64,000 nucleotides of DNA from Prasinococcaceae sp. CCMP 1430 (taxonomy: Eukaryota > Plantae > Prasinodermophyta): assembly GCA_013416795.1 (NCBI GenBank), contig RQSC01000019.1:70356-134355 (forward strand). Reading direction: 5' to 3'. The notes below the pieces were generated by a model, which saw only the letters and a program-made list of their open reading frames with translations, was not told the origin of the DNA and ran no database searches. Shown in pieces: positions 42,744 through 53,470 of the stretch; the first letter of the stretch is position 1, and each line of letters starts with the position of its first letter. A program made the translations under genes and the position numbers.

Positions 42744-42930
42744 GACGATGTCGTCGCACTCACAAGCCGGGCGCGAGCGGGTGATAGCCGCCGCCACCCC
42801 CCGAGCGCGCGCGGTGTGGCCGCCTGGCACTGCTCGCGCCACCCCCCCGCGTCCCCCCACCCATTGCTGAGGGGCGCGCGCCCCGGCGCGCGCGAAGCGC
42901 GCGCGGGGAGGAGGAGGGCGCCGTGTCGCA

Positions 42931-43243
42931 GGCGGAGCTCGCGGTGGGCACGCTGGTGGTGCTGGGCGCGGCCCTCGGCCTGGCCATGCTCGTGCCGAGC
43001 GTGGTGGTGGTGTGGAGCCTGGTGGGCTCCACCGTCAGCGTGCTGGTGGCCTTCACGCTGCCCACGGCCTTCTTCGTGGCCGTGCAGCGCATGGCGGGCG
43101 AGCCGCCGGGGGCCGTCGGCTGGCTCAGCCGCGCGTGCCTCGCGCTGAGCCTGCTCGCGGTGGTGGTGTGCTCGGCGGCCAGCGCGCTCTCGCTCTCGCA
43201 GGAGACGCTCGACCTCGCGGGCGAGGACACGTGCAACCAGTGA
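42931..43243 (+). pseudogene. Orphan 3' exon resembling the C-terminal TM helices of an amino-acid transporter (Aa_trans/SLC38-like)
   Basis: LGLAMLVPSVVVVWSLVGSTVSVLVAFTLPTAFF is typical of Aa_trans C-termini. It is preceded by a GCTGAG branch-like site and a CAG acceptor, but no upstream exon is visible. Confidence 0.55.
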
Positions 43244-43326
43244 TCGCCGCCCGCCGCACGTGCGGCGATCGCACCCATTCTTGCGACGCGGAGGGGCCTC
43301 CGCGCCGCCCATTCTGTAACACAAAT

Positions 43327-44109
43327 TCACGCGCACGCGAGGACGGCGGCGCGCACCGCCGCCATGACGAGCGCATCCCCCGCAGGCTTGCCGCGCGCGA
43401 GGACGGTGCGCACGGCCGGCGGGCACGCGAGCGCGTTGGCCACCAGGTGCTGTATGTGCACGCCCATGCGCGGGTTGTCGCAGCAGTTGGCGTCGAGCAC
43501 GGTGCGGAACGCCGGCGAGCCCATCCAGCGCGCCGCGCTGCCGTCATCGGCCATCCTGCACGTGACGCTCACGTTCTGCAGCGACGCGCACAGCATGCCC
43601 AGCATGGCCTCGTGCATCGGGCGGCGCGCCTGGGCGAGCGTCATCACGGCGGCCGCGAGCGCGTTGAGCACGTCGTGGCTCGGGTCGCCGCTGTCGAGGC
43701 TCCGGAGCGCGATCTCGCGGTCCTTGCACCACCCCGGCAGCCCCTGCAGCAGCAGCATGCACACGGGCTCGAAGACGCCCTGCGCCATGAAGCGATCCGT
43801 CGCGGCCCCCGTGCGGACGAGCTTGGCGGCCGTCTCGAGCAGCGCGGCCTTCTCCTCGCTGGCGACGGTCTCGGCGAGCGTCTTCACGGGCGCCGCGCCG
43901 AGCGCCGCGAGCATCTTCGCGCCCTCCCTCGCGCGCACCTCCAGCGCGTCGGCCTGGTTGGCGATCTTGCCGTCGGCGCCCACCCGGGGCCACTTCTCGC
44001 CCGGCGGCGGCGGCCCCGACCGCTGCGGGTGCAGCAGCCACGGCACCGTCCTGCGGACGATGTCCGGGTACTCCGTGAGCGCCTTGTGCGCCGAGGGCGC
44101 GTCGTTCAT
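43327..44109 (-). CDS. Hypothetical helical protein
   Basis: ATG at 44109, about 260 codons with very high GC3 and an amphipathic-helix composition. No family was recognised. Confidence 0.65.
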   Translation of the reverse strand: MNDAPSAHKALTEYPDIVRRTVPWLLHPQRSGPPPPGEKWPRVGADGKIANQADALEVRAREGAKMLAALGAAPVKTLAETVASEEKAALLETAAKLVRTGAATDRFMAQGVFEPVCMLLLQGLPGWCKDREIALRSLDSGDPSHDVLNALAAAVMTLAQARRPMHEAMLGMLCASLQNVSVTCRMADDGSAARWMGSPAFRTVLDANCCDNPRMGVHIQHLVANALACPPAVRTVLARGKPAGDALVMAAVRAAVLACA

Positions 44110-44181
44110 GGGCGGCTGCCGCGGCGGCCGCCGCGACGACTGCTCGCCGGCGTCAGCGCCGGCGCCGTCGCCGGACGCAGC

Positions 44182-44183
<2 letters not shown>

Positions 44184-44234
<51 letters not shown>

Positions 44235-44250
44235 CACACACACACACACA
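44184..44250. repeat. (CA)n microsatellite
   Basis: Direct observation. Confidence 0.95.
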
Positions 44251-45474
44251 CAGACGCGCGTGCGCGCATCGCCTGCACCAGCGCGGCGCGCCGACACACC
44301 CGTCGCGGCTGTCTCAGACCCTACTTCCGCACGAACCCAATGTCAAGCGCGCCGTTTCCTTCCATCGGATTGCATGCGAACGCGGGTGACGGGAGCTCCC
44401 AACCTCAACCGTGCGCCCGCGCGGCGCCGGTCGGGCCGCCTCGCGCGCGCGCGCGCGTTTTTCCGGCCGCTTTCGCTTTGGGGCGGGTTTCGCGTGGCGC
44501 CCCGCGAAAGAGGCCCCACATCAAATCCCCACCCTGCAAAACTCCGCGTTCGATGTGACAATGCGATTGCCCCCTTCTTCCGAAGGTCACGTCGCATTTC
44601 AGGGCATCGCGGGCGACGGAGGGGTGCAAAGTGATGGCAGGAATCGCCGCGAGATCGCTGGCGAAAACGCATTCGAGCGGCGCGCGGAGGAATTCGCCTC
44701 CCGTCGAATTTTTGGCGGGAGCGCGCGCGCGCGCGCAAACGCGCGCGCCGATCGCCCGCGGAGAGAACATCCTCGTCAAAACGCATCACCAAAGGAAGAG
44801 GATGGTCACTCCGAGTGTCTCTCTATATGACGTCATTATACAAGCAAATTTGAAACCACAAGTCAAGACGCATTGGAAAGGTACGAGGTCAAATCGCACC
44901 CGCGCGCGGGGGGTCTCCGCGGCGGGAGGGGGGGCCCGATCGCGCGCCCCGGCGCGCGCGCACTGACAGGCGCGCTGACGGCGCGCTCGCGCACTCAGCG
45001 CGCACTCAGCGCATTCAGGGTTCACGAAAAGAGTTCGAGATCAATCCACATGTAGACTACAGTATCATCTTCTGATGGTACGCGAAGTGAAGTGCTTGTA
45101 GTGACTATATACCCAAACCCTCTAACCCTAACCCCTCTTCCAAAAGTTTCGAAACAACACACAAATCTGAGCTGTTCCGGGCGGGGCCGCGCGGTTACTG
45201 TAGCATCACAACGCATGCGCGGTTTTCGCGCGCGTGCGTTTTGATGGGGGAGCGTCGCGGTCCCCGGCCGCGCGCTCGGTCTCGCTCCGCTCCGCAGATG
45301 CGCCAAAAATATATATCCGGTCGGGGCGTCCACAGCGCGCGCGGCACGCGCGGCGCGATCGGCGCCTTTCCCCCGTCCCCCCGCCCCCTCTCCCGCCTTC
45401 CACGCACACACGCACACACCTCCTCACCCCACACCACTCCGGTCACCTGTGTCCTCGGCAACCCACCGAGCGCG

Positions 45475-46765
45475 ATGTCCGCGGCCGCGAGCGCGGCGGC
45501 CGGCGCGCCCCAGGCGGACCCCGAGCTCGCCGGCGCGGGCCGCCGGAATGGGGTGGAGGTGTGGCGCGTCGAGAACCGCCGCGGGGACGGCGCGGGGATG
45601 GCGGCCACCTTTGGCGTGGCGCGGTGGCCGGAGGACCGCACCGGCGACTTCTACAGGGGCGACTCGTATCTGGTGCTCTTGACGGCTGAGCTGTCCGACG
45701 GCAAGAAGGAGTATGACATATTCTTCTGGCTCGGTAGCGAGAGCTCGCAGGACGAACGCGCTGTTGCAGCCGTCAAGGCCGTGGAGCTTGACTCGGTGCT
45801 CGGTGGGCGCCCGGTGCAGCACAGGGAGACGGAGGGCAAGGAAAGCCAGCTCTTTCAGTCGATGTTTCGCTCGATCCGCTACCTCGATGGCGGTATCGAG
45901 TCCGGCTTTACCCACGCGAAGCCGGAGGAGTACGAGCCGAAGCTGTTCCAAGTGAAGAAGACGAAGCACACCACACGCGCGTTTCAAGTCCCGCTCTCGG
46001 TCAAGTCAATGCATCAGGGCGATTGCTTCGTGCTCGATCTCGGCAAGGAGGTGGGTGGTGCGCGTGTGCTTTCTTGCGGGGGCGCGCGGCTCAAGCCAGC
46101 AAAGCTCGCTGACACGACAAAAACTCTCTTTGTTTGCGAGCGCGCTCGACACGCAGGTGACGGCGTGGCACGGGACGGAGTCGTCGCCGTTTGAGCGCGC
46201 TAAGGCTGCCGACTTGCAGGACGAGATCGTCGCCTCCCGCCACGGTCATGCGCTCAAGGTGCGTTGCGAGAGCGCGCCGTGCCGCACGAAGCGATGTGCA
46301 CTGGATAGAGTCGTGTTTTGCCCCCGAGCGAGCGAATGCTGATGATCGCGCGCTGCCCGTTCGCTGCAGGGCGAGAGCGACGATGCCGCGTTCTGGGAGG
46401 CGCTCGGTGGCACGGAGGTCGACGTAGGGCCTGCGATCCACGACACGGTCGACGCATCCGACATCGACCCGGCGAACTGCAACCTGTACCGCCTGTCCGA
46501 CGCGACCGGCTCGATGAAGTTTACGCACGAGCGCGCCGGTGAGAGCCTCGCAAAGTCAATGCTCGACGAGTCTGACGTGTTCATCGTGGACGCTCAAGTA
46601 CAGCTATTCGTGTGGATCGGCGCGGGCGCGTCCGACGAGGAGAAGGCCCAGAGCATGGACACTGCGATCACATTCCTGTCTAAGCACGGTCGGCCGAGCT
46701 ACACTCCGGTCAGCGTTATCAAGCAAGGGCAGACGAGTGCCGCGTTTAGAAAGTGCTTCGCCTGA
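45475..46765 (+). CDS. Three-domain gelsolin-family protein, severin/fragmin-like (exons 45475-46050, 46157-46258, 46370-46765)
   Basis: GVEVWRVEN, GDFYRGDSYLVL, YDIFFWLGSESSQDE, VELDSVLGGRPVQHRETEGKESQLF, GGIESGF, GDCFVLDLG, FWEALGG, LYRLSDATG and DVFIVD..FVWIG.GAS..EK. Confidence 0.92.
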
Positions 46766-46818
46766 GGGCCAAGCAGTGAATGGAGTATATATATACGTAT
46801 TATGTGGCCGCGCCGACC

Positions 46819-47637
46819 TCACCGGCGCGGGGCGGCGCCCCCCTCGCCCTCGTCGATCGCCTCGATGCCGTCCGGCGTCTGGACGATGCGTTTGCGCTTC
46901 AGGAGCGCGCCCATGGCCTTCTTGAACGACGCCTTGGACATGCCCAGCAGGTCCGCGATTCGGTCCGGCGAGCTCTTGTCGTTGACTGGAAGGAAGCCGC
47001 CGCTCGCCTCGATGCGCGCGAGGAGCGTGTCGGCGCTGTTGGCCTGGCCCTGCTTGCCCCACATCTGGAACGCGAGGTCCAGCCTGTTGTCGGCGCGCAC
47101 CTTGCGCACGTACGCGCTGATGTGCGCCCCCATGCGCAGGTGCTCCACCTGCTGCTCGCGCGCGGGGCTGTCGTAGAAAACGAGCCCCTCGAACGAGCCG
47201 TCCACGACCACGTTGACGCCCTTGGGCGAGAGCCTCTCCACCACGCCCGTGACTTTGTCGCCCTCCTTGATGTACTGCGCTGCGTCGCGCGGGCTGTCGC
47301 GCGAGCCGCGCCACACCCACAAGAGCTCCTTGCCGGTCGCCTCGTCCAGGATGTGCTCGATGTGCCGCTCAGTCACGCGGCCGGGCTGCGCGCCGAACCG
47401 GCTCCGGCGCGGGCCGTCGTGCTCGCGCTGGCCCTCGCGCGCCTGCGCGCGCATGTGCGAGGCACGGTCGCGCTCGGCCGCCTCCGCCCAGTGAGCTTGC
47501 ATCTGCCGGTCGAGTTCTTCGGCCTCGGCCTCGGTGCGCGCGCGCGCGTTGAAGCGATTGCTGCTGCCCCTGGAGACGCCGCCGTCGGCGAAGGTGTCTG
47601 GGCCGCGCCCGCGGCCCCGCCCGCGCCCGCGCCCGCC
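46819..47637 (-). CDS. CvfB-like S1 plus winged-helix RNA-binding protein (5' end in gap)
   Basis: S1 domain IKEGDKVTGVVERLSPKGVNVVVDGSFEGLVF..AYVRKVRADNRLDL, followed by the CvfB-type WH GGFLPVNDKSSPDRIADLLGMSKASFKKAMGALLK. An RG-rich stretch lies next to the gap. Confidence 0.82.
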   Translation of the reverse strand, partial: GGRGRGRGRGRGPDTFADGGVSRGSSNRFNARARTEAEAEELDRQMQAHWAEAAERDRASHMRAQAREGQREHDGPRRSRFGAQPGRVTERHIEHILDEATGKELLWVWRGSRDSPRDAAQYIKEGDKVTGVVERLSPKGVNVVVDGSFEGLVFYDSPAREQQVEHLRMGAHISAYVRKVRADNRLDLAFQMWGKQGQANSADTLLARIEASGGFLPVNDKSSPDRIADLLGMSKASFKKAMGALLKRKRIVQTPDGIEAIDEGEGGAAPRR

Positions 47638-48101
47638 NNNNNNNNNNNNNNNNNNNNNNNNNNNNNNNNNNNNNNNNNNNNNNNNNNNNNNNNNNNNNNN
47701 NNNNNNNNNNNNNNNNNNNNNNNNNNNNNNNNNNNNNNNNNNNNNNNNNNNNNNNNNNNNNNNNNNNNNNNNNNNNNNNNNNNNNNNNNNNNNNNNNNNN
47801 NNNNNNNNNNNNNNNNNNNNNNNNNNNNNNNNNNNNNNNNNNNNNNNNNNNNNNNNNNNNNNNNNNNNNNNNNNNNNNNNNNNNNNNNNNNNNNNNNNNN
47901 NNNNNNNNNNNNNNNNNNNNNNNNNNNNNNNNNNNNNNNNNNNNNNNNNNNNNNNNNNNNNNNNNNNNNNNGCCGCGCTCGCGCGCGCGCGGAGGGAGGC
48001 GCGCACACGCGCGCACACACACGCACACGCACACGCACGCACACACACACACACAGTCACGCACACACACACACACGCGCGCGCACGCACACACGCGCGC
48101 G

Positions 48102-49058
48102 ATGCCGCGCCCGCGCTCGCCGAGGCCGGGGCGGAGGCGACTGCGCGGGGCGGCGCGTGCGCTGGGCGGGGGTGGACGCGCTGGAGCGCGTGCGCGAGTT
48201 CGAGGCGGAGGACAGCGAAGCGCGCGCGCGCGTTCGCGAGCTGGTGGACGATCTTACCGACATCCTCGACAGGACCCAGGCGCGAACGGCAACGGCACCG
48301 CCGGCGGCGGCGGCCGGGGCGGGGGCGCGGTGGGCGAACCGCGCGGGCTTCTGCCGTACTCGCGCGCCGTGGGGAGCCAGGTGGTTGCGGCGGGCTCAGG
48401 CGACGCGCTGGCGGCGCACGAGCCTCCGAACGCGGCGTTTCCGCAGCTCTCCGTGTACAACACAGCTGCGCGCGCGAAGCAGCCGTTCGTGCCTCTCGTG
48501 CCGGGCAAGGTATCCATGTACGTGTGCGGCGTCACGGTGTACGACTACTCGCACGTGGGCCACGCCCGCGTGTACGTGGCCTTTGACGTGCTCGCGCGTA
48601 CGCTGGCGGCCGCCGGCTACGACGTGACGTACGCGCGCAACTTCACCGACGTCGACGACAAGATCCTCAAGCGCGCGGCCGAGAGTGGCGAGGACCCCAT
48701 CCAGCTCGCCGCGCGCTTCGCGGACGAGTTTCACGTCGACATGGAGGCGCTGCGCTGCCTGCCGCCCACCTTCGAGCCGCGTGTGTCGCAGCACATGGAC
48801 GACATCATCGCCATGATCCAGACCATCGTCGACAAGGGCGCCGCGTACGAGGTCGAGGGCGGCGACGTGTACTTCCACGTGCCCTCGTCCGAGAGCTACG
48901 GCGAGCTGAGCGGGAGGCGGCCCGAGGACAACGAGGCGGGCGCGGGCGGCCGCGTGGCGCTCGATGACCGAAAGCGCGACCCGGCAGACTTTGCGCTGTG
49001 GAAGGCCACCAAGGAGGGGGAGGGCGTCTCGTGGGACTCGCCGTGGGGCAAGGGCCGC

Positions 49059-49089
<31 letters not shown>

Positions 49090-50149
49090 TCTCCGCGCTG
49101 CTCGGCGAGACCATTGACATCCACGGAGGCGGCGCCGACCTGGTGTTCCCGCACCACGAGAACGAAATTGCGCAGTCGCGGGCGGCGCACGGCAAGGATG
49201 GCTGCACGTGTCAGTTCGTCAAGTGAGTGGAGGCGCGCTTCCCGTTTGCACGCGCGCGCGAGTTCGCCTGCGCAGACACTGCGCCCGCGCAGCAGCGGCT
49301 GGCACTAGCTGACGCGCGGCGCTCACCCCTCCCCCGCCTCCCCCCTGCGCCTCTCCCCCCCTTCCCTTGTACGCAAGGTACTGGATGCACAACGGCTTCG
49401 TGCGTGTCGACAGCGAGAAGATGTCCAAGTCGCTGGGCAATTTTTTCACCATCCGGGACGTGCTCAAGGTGCACCACCCGCTGGCGATGCGCCTCTTCCT
49501 GCTGCAGACGCACTACCGCTCTCCCATCAACTACTCCAACGCGGTGCTGGAGGCCGCAGGTGCGCGCCTGTATTACATCTACACGACTCTCTCCGATGTC
49601 GACCGCACCCTCGAGGAGCTCGGGGAGGACGGCGCCGCGCAGGATGCGACTAAGGTTGAGAAGAGCAAGGGACCCGCGCCCGTGGCGCAGGCCGCGATGG
49701 ACGCCGCCGCGGAGTGCGCCACGTCGTGGCCGGCGGCGCTCGCGGACGACCTCAACACACCGGTGGTGCTCGCCTCTCTGTCGGCGCCGTTAAAGGCGTG
49801 CAACGACCTGATGCTCACCAAGAAGGGCAAGAAGGCCGCCGGGCGCGTCGCTGCGCTCACGCAGCTGCGGGAAGCCATGCGTGGCGCACTGGGCGCGCTC
49901 GGGCTGGACGCTTCCGGGGAGGCCGCGCGCGCGTCGATGGAGGAAATGCGGCAGCTCACGCTCGCGCGCGCGGGCATGACGCCCGCAGACTTGGCAGCGG
50001 CCATCGAGGAGCGGCAGGAGGCGCGCGCCAACAAGGACTTCGCCACGTCGGACAGGATACGCGACGAGCTCTCCACCAAGGGCGTATCGCTGCAGGACAC
50101 TCCCACCGGCGTCGACTGGAGGCCCGCCTTCGAGGAGGTCATGGCATGA
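48102..50149 (+). CDS. cysS: Cysteinyl-tRNA synthetase, probably organellar (intron 49223-49377; 5' exon structure uncertain)
   Basis: [18 protein letters not shown] (HIGH motif), [63 protein letters not shown] and [15 protein letters not shown]. Confidence 0.96.
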
Positions 50150-50471
50150 ACGCTCCGGCGGGGGCATGCCGTGGACGCCCCGTCGAGACCTGTGTCTCCA
50201 GTCGATTAAATATTGATATTGGTTTTGCATCAGCCTCGCCCAGCACTCGAGCGGATCGAGCGCCCGCGGGCCGCGCTCAAGTGTGTTCGCTAGGAATGCA
50301 ATTGTTGGTGGTTTACGCATTGTCTTGACCGCCAATGGTGCGAAATAGAGTACATCGCTTGCGCACAAGTGTATGAGTGGAGTGCCGTGAGGTGCTGTGC
50401 TGTGCTGTGTGTATGATGCCATGCATCTCTTGAGTTGCCCGCTCGCGCTCGTGCTCGCGCTCGCGCTCGCG

Positions 50472-51500
50472 CTACTCGGATGAGGGCTTCCGAGCCGCAC
50501 GTCTGATCAGCGCGGCCTTCTTCGCCAGCGCGTACGCACGTGCGGTCGCCTGCACCTCCTCCTCGGCAGCGACCCCGGCGAGGCCCGCGTATAACTCGAC
50601 GAACTCCGCGTCGGTCATTGCCAGCACGCGCGGCAGCGTCGCGGCATGCGGCTGCGAGCTCGCAGCTGCGTTCGCGCTCGTGTCCGATGGCTTCTTGTCG
50701 TATACGAAGCCCTGGATTTTGCGCGTCGCGAGCGCGTGTCAGCGCAGGAGCTTCACCGGTGCGCATAGGAGACGGTGCGCGCTGGCTGTCCCACAGCCCC
50801 CTCACAATCTTCCCCACGCGGGCGCTCGATTGGCACGCGCCGCCTCTCACCTTGCCTCGCCTCCAGCGCGAGTTCTGCCGGCGCGTGTATCCAGCACCGC
50901 GCGCGCGCACCCCCTCGACTGAGCGAAAGCGCGGGTGGACGCCCAGGTCAACGCCCTGCGCGCGCAGAGCTGGCAGGCGCACGCGCATGCGAGCGCGCAG
51001 CTCCCCCGCGAGGAAGATGCGAAAGCGGCAGCAGGTGCCCGCGTCGAGCACGCGCGCCTGCTGCGCCGGCTGCTGCTGCACCTGCTGCTGCACCTGCTGC
51101 TGCGCCTGCGTGCGCCTGTTGCGGCGCGCGCCGCCGACGAGCAGCGAGTCCAACGCGGGCACGAGCTCGGCGTAGTCGGATGTGCGCGTGACCAGGTTCC
51201 GCCCGAGCTCTTGCGAGAACCAGTTTTCCAACAGCAGCTCAGCGCCCGACATGTCGGCGTTTGCGTCCCCTTCGGCGTCGGCCGCCGCCGCGGTGGCCGC
51301 GCCAAACGCAGCCCGCGATGCTCTCGGCGCTGCTGCCGCCGCCACCGCAGCCGCCGGCCCCCATGACCGCGCCTTCGCCGGCGTCGAGGCCGGCGGCGAG
51401 GCGCGGCCCTNCTCTTCGCAGAGGGCCAGGCGACGCTCGACGGCCTGGACGACTTCATCGGCCGCGCCGAGGCTGCCCTGTGCGACGTGCTGCGCCGGGC
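50472..51500 (-). CDS. Hypothetical protein, broken by the n join at 51410; weak SAM-methyltransferase-like motifs
   Basis: Coding-like frame ..ELLLENWFSQELG..RVLDAGT..AQGVDL.. with a donor at 50850, a GCTGAC branch and an acceptor at 50712. The last exon reads GFVYDKK..LAMTDAEFVELYAG..*. Confidence 0.5.
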
Positions 51501-52389
51501 CGCCATCCCCGCCCCAACCTCCCCCCCACCAAGCCCTCCCGGGCCCAGCGCACGCCCCACGCCCCCCCCAGGCCCTGCCGCGCACGCCCTGTGGCGCCGC
51601 CCCTGCTCCTCTGCTGCGCACAGGCGCGCGCGCGCGCGCAAAAGTGCGCGATGCGGAGATTTTCTCCGCCCGCGCCGCGCGCGTTTCGAACTCCGCGAAT
51701 CCGCCGCCCCGCGCGCGCCCGTCCTGCCCGCCCCCCACCGGATCCGCCCCCTCAATTTCGCGGAAGGATGGCGCATTTCGGAGGGCCGCTCCGCGGAAGC
51801 CCGCCCGCGGGCCGCTTTTTACTCCGCTTTCGCGCGCGGCCGCGCGGCGCCACGCGCGCGCGAAAATATCCGGTGCACGCGGACGCCTTCCGCGGTTCCA
51901 CAAAAGCATCACAATGAGACTCGTAATTCACGCGAGTGAATCCGAAATCACACCGAACCGCGTTTTAGTTTTCCACTCGGTGCTCCGTGCGTGTGGGCCC
52001 CCCAACGGACACACCCGGGCGTTTTTTTTTTTTCCCCTCCCCCCCCGACGACCGAACGCAGATATATATTTTTCGAGGCGCGCGATCGTCGCGGCCAATT
52101 TCGCATCGAAACGCCGCCTCGACGTCGAACGCGCGCCGCCGCCGCGCCGGCGCGCGCGCGCNNNNNNNNNNNNNNNNNNNNNNNNNNNNNNNNNNNNNNN
52201 NNNNNNNNNNNNNNNNNNNNNNNNNNNNNNNNNNNNNNNNNNNNNNNNNNNNNNNNNNNNNNNNNNNNNNNNNNNNNNNNNNNNNNNNNNNNNNNNNNNN
52301 NNNNNNNNNNNNNNNNNNNNNNNNNNNNNNNNNNNNNNNNNNNNNNNNNNNNNNNNNNNNNNNNNNNNNNNNNNNNNNNNNNNNNNNNN

Positions 52390-53373
52390 GCGCTCGCCGG
52401 CGCCGCCGCGGGCATGGCCGCGCGCACGGTGGTGGCGCCGCTCGACCTCATGAAGATTCGCTTCCAGGTGCAGCTCGAGCCGACCAAGGCGGCGGGCGGC
52501 GCGCGCGCGGCGGCCGGGCCGGTGGGGAAGTACGCGGGCACGTGGCAGGCGATGCGCACCATCGTGCGCGAGGAGGGCGCGCGGGCGCTGTGGCGCGGCA
52601 ACGTGCCCGCGCAGATGCTCGTCGTGCCGTACTGCGCCGTGCAGTTCGCCGCCAACACCGAGATCAAGAAACGCGCCGCCGAGTGGGCGCGGGAGCGGCG
52701 GCGGCGAGAGGGCGGGGGCGGAGGAGGCGACATGAGCGCGACGGAGAAGACCGCGCTCTCGCTCGTCGCGGGCTCGGCGTCCGGCGCGGCCGCGACGCTG
52801 GCGACGTACCCCCTCGACCTGCTGCGCACCAGGCTCGCAGCCCAGGGCGAGCCGAAAGTGTACAAGGGAATGTTCCACGCGGCGAGCACCATCGTGCGCA
52901 AGAAGGGCGTGTCGGGGCTGTACGCGGGGCTGGTGCCCACGCTGGTGCAGATCCTGCCCTATGCGGGCGTGCAGTTCCTCGCGTACGACGGCCTCAGGTC
53001 GGCCGTCGTCGCCTCCAAGGAGCGACGGCGCGGCGAGGGCCCTGAGACCTCCGCGACGGTGTCGTCGCTGGAGAGCTTCTTCCTGGGCGTGGCCGCGGGC
53101 GTGGTGTCAAAGTGCGTGGTGCACCCGCTCGACGTCATCAAGAAGCGCCTGCAGGTGCAGGGGCTCAATCGGAGTATCGCGTACGGCGCGCGCGTGGCGT
53201 GCGGCACCTACAGCGGCACGCGCGACGCCATGGTGCAGGTACTACGAACCGAGGGGGTCGCCGGACTGTACAAGGGCATCGCGCCGAGCCTCATCAAGGC
53301 CGCGCCCAACGCCGCCATCACCTTCATGGTGTACGAGTGGGCGAGCAGGCGCCTCTCGGCCGCGGGAATTTAA
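52390..53373 (+). CDS. TPC1: Mitochondrial carrier, thiamine pyrophosphate carrier-like (5' end in gap)
   Basis: Three PxDxxK/RxRxQ repeats (PLDLMKIRFQVQLEP, PLDLLRTRL, PLDVIKKRLQ) and WRGNVPA.. .VVPY.AVQF as in plant TPP carriers and SLC25A19. Confidence 0.88.
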   Translation, partial: ALAGAAAGMAARTVVAPLDLMKIRFQVQLEPTKAAGGARAAAGPVGKYAGTWQAMRTIVREEGARALWRGNVPAQMLVVPYCAVQFAANTEIKKRAAEWARERRRREGGGGGGDMSATEKTALSLVAGSASGAAATLATYPLDLLRTRLAAQGEPKVYKGMFHAASTIVRKKGVSGLYAGLVPTLVQILPYAGVQFLAYDGLRSAVVASKERRRGEGPETSATVSSLESFFLGVAAGVVSKCVVHPLDVIKKRLQVQGLNRSIAYGARVACGTYSGTRDAMVQVLRTEGVAGLYKGIAPSLIKAAPNAAITFMVYEWASRRLSAAGI

Positions 53374-53470
53374 TACGCACCGAAACGCAATCCCACCATC
53401 TGTGCACGCGCGCTGAACGCGCGCGCAAAGCAGCTCGCGTCGCGGTCCTGCGGACAGTCGCGCCTCTCGC

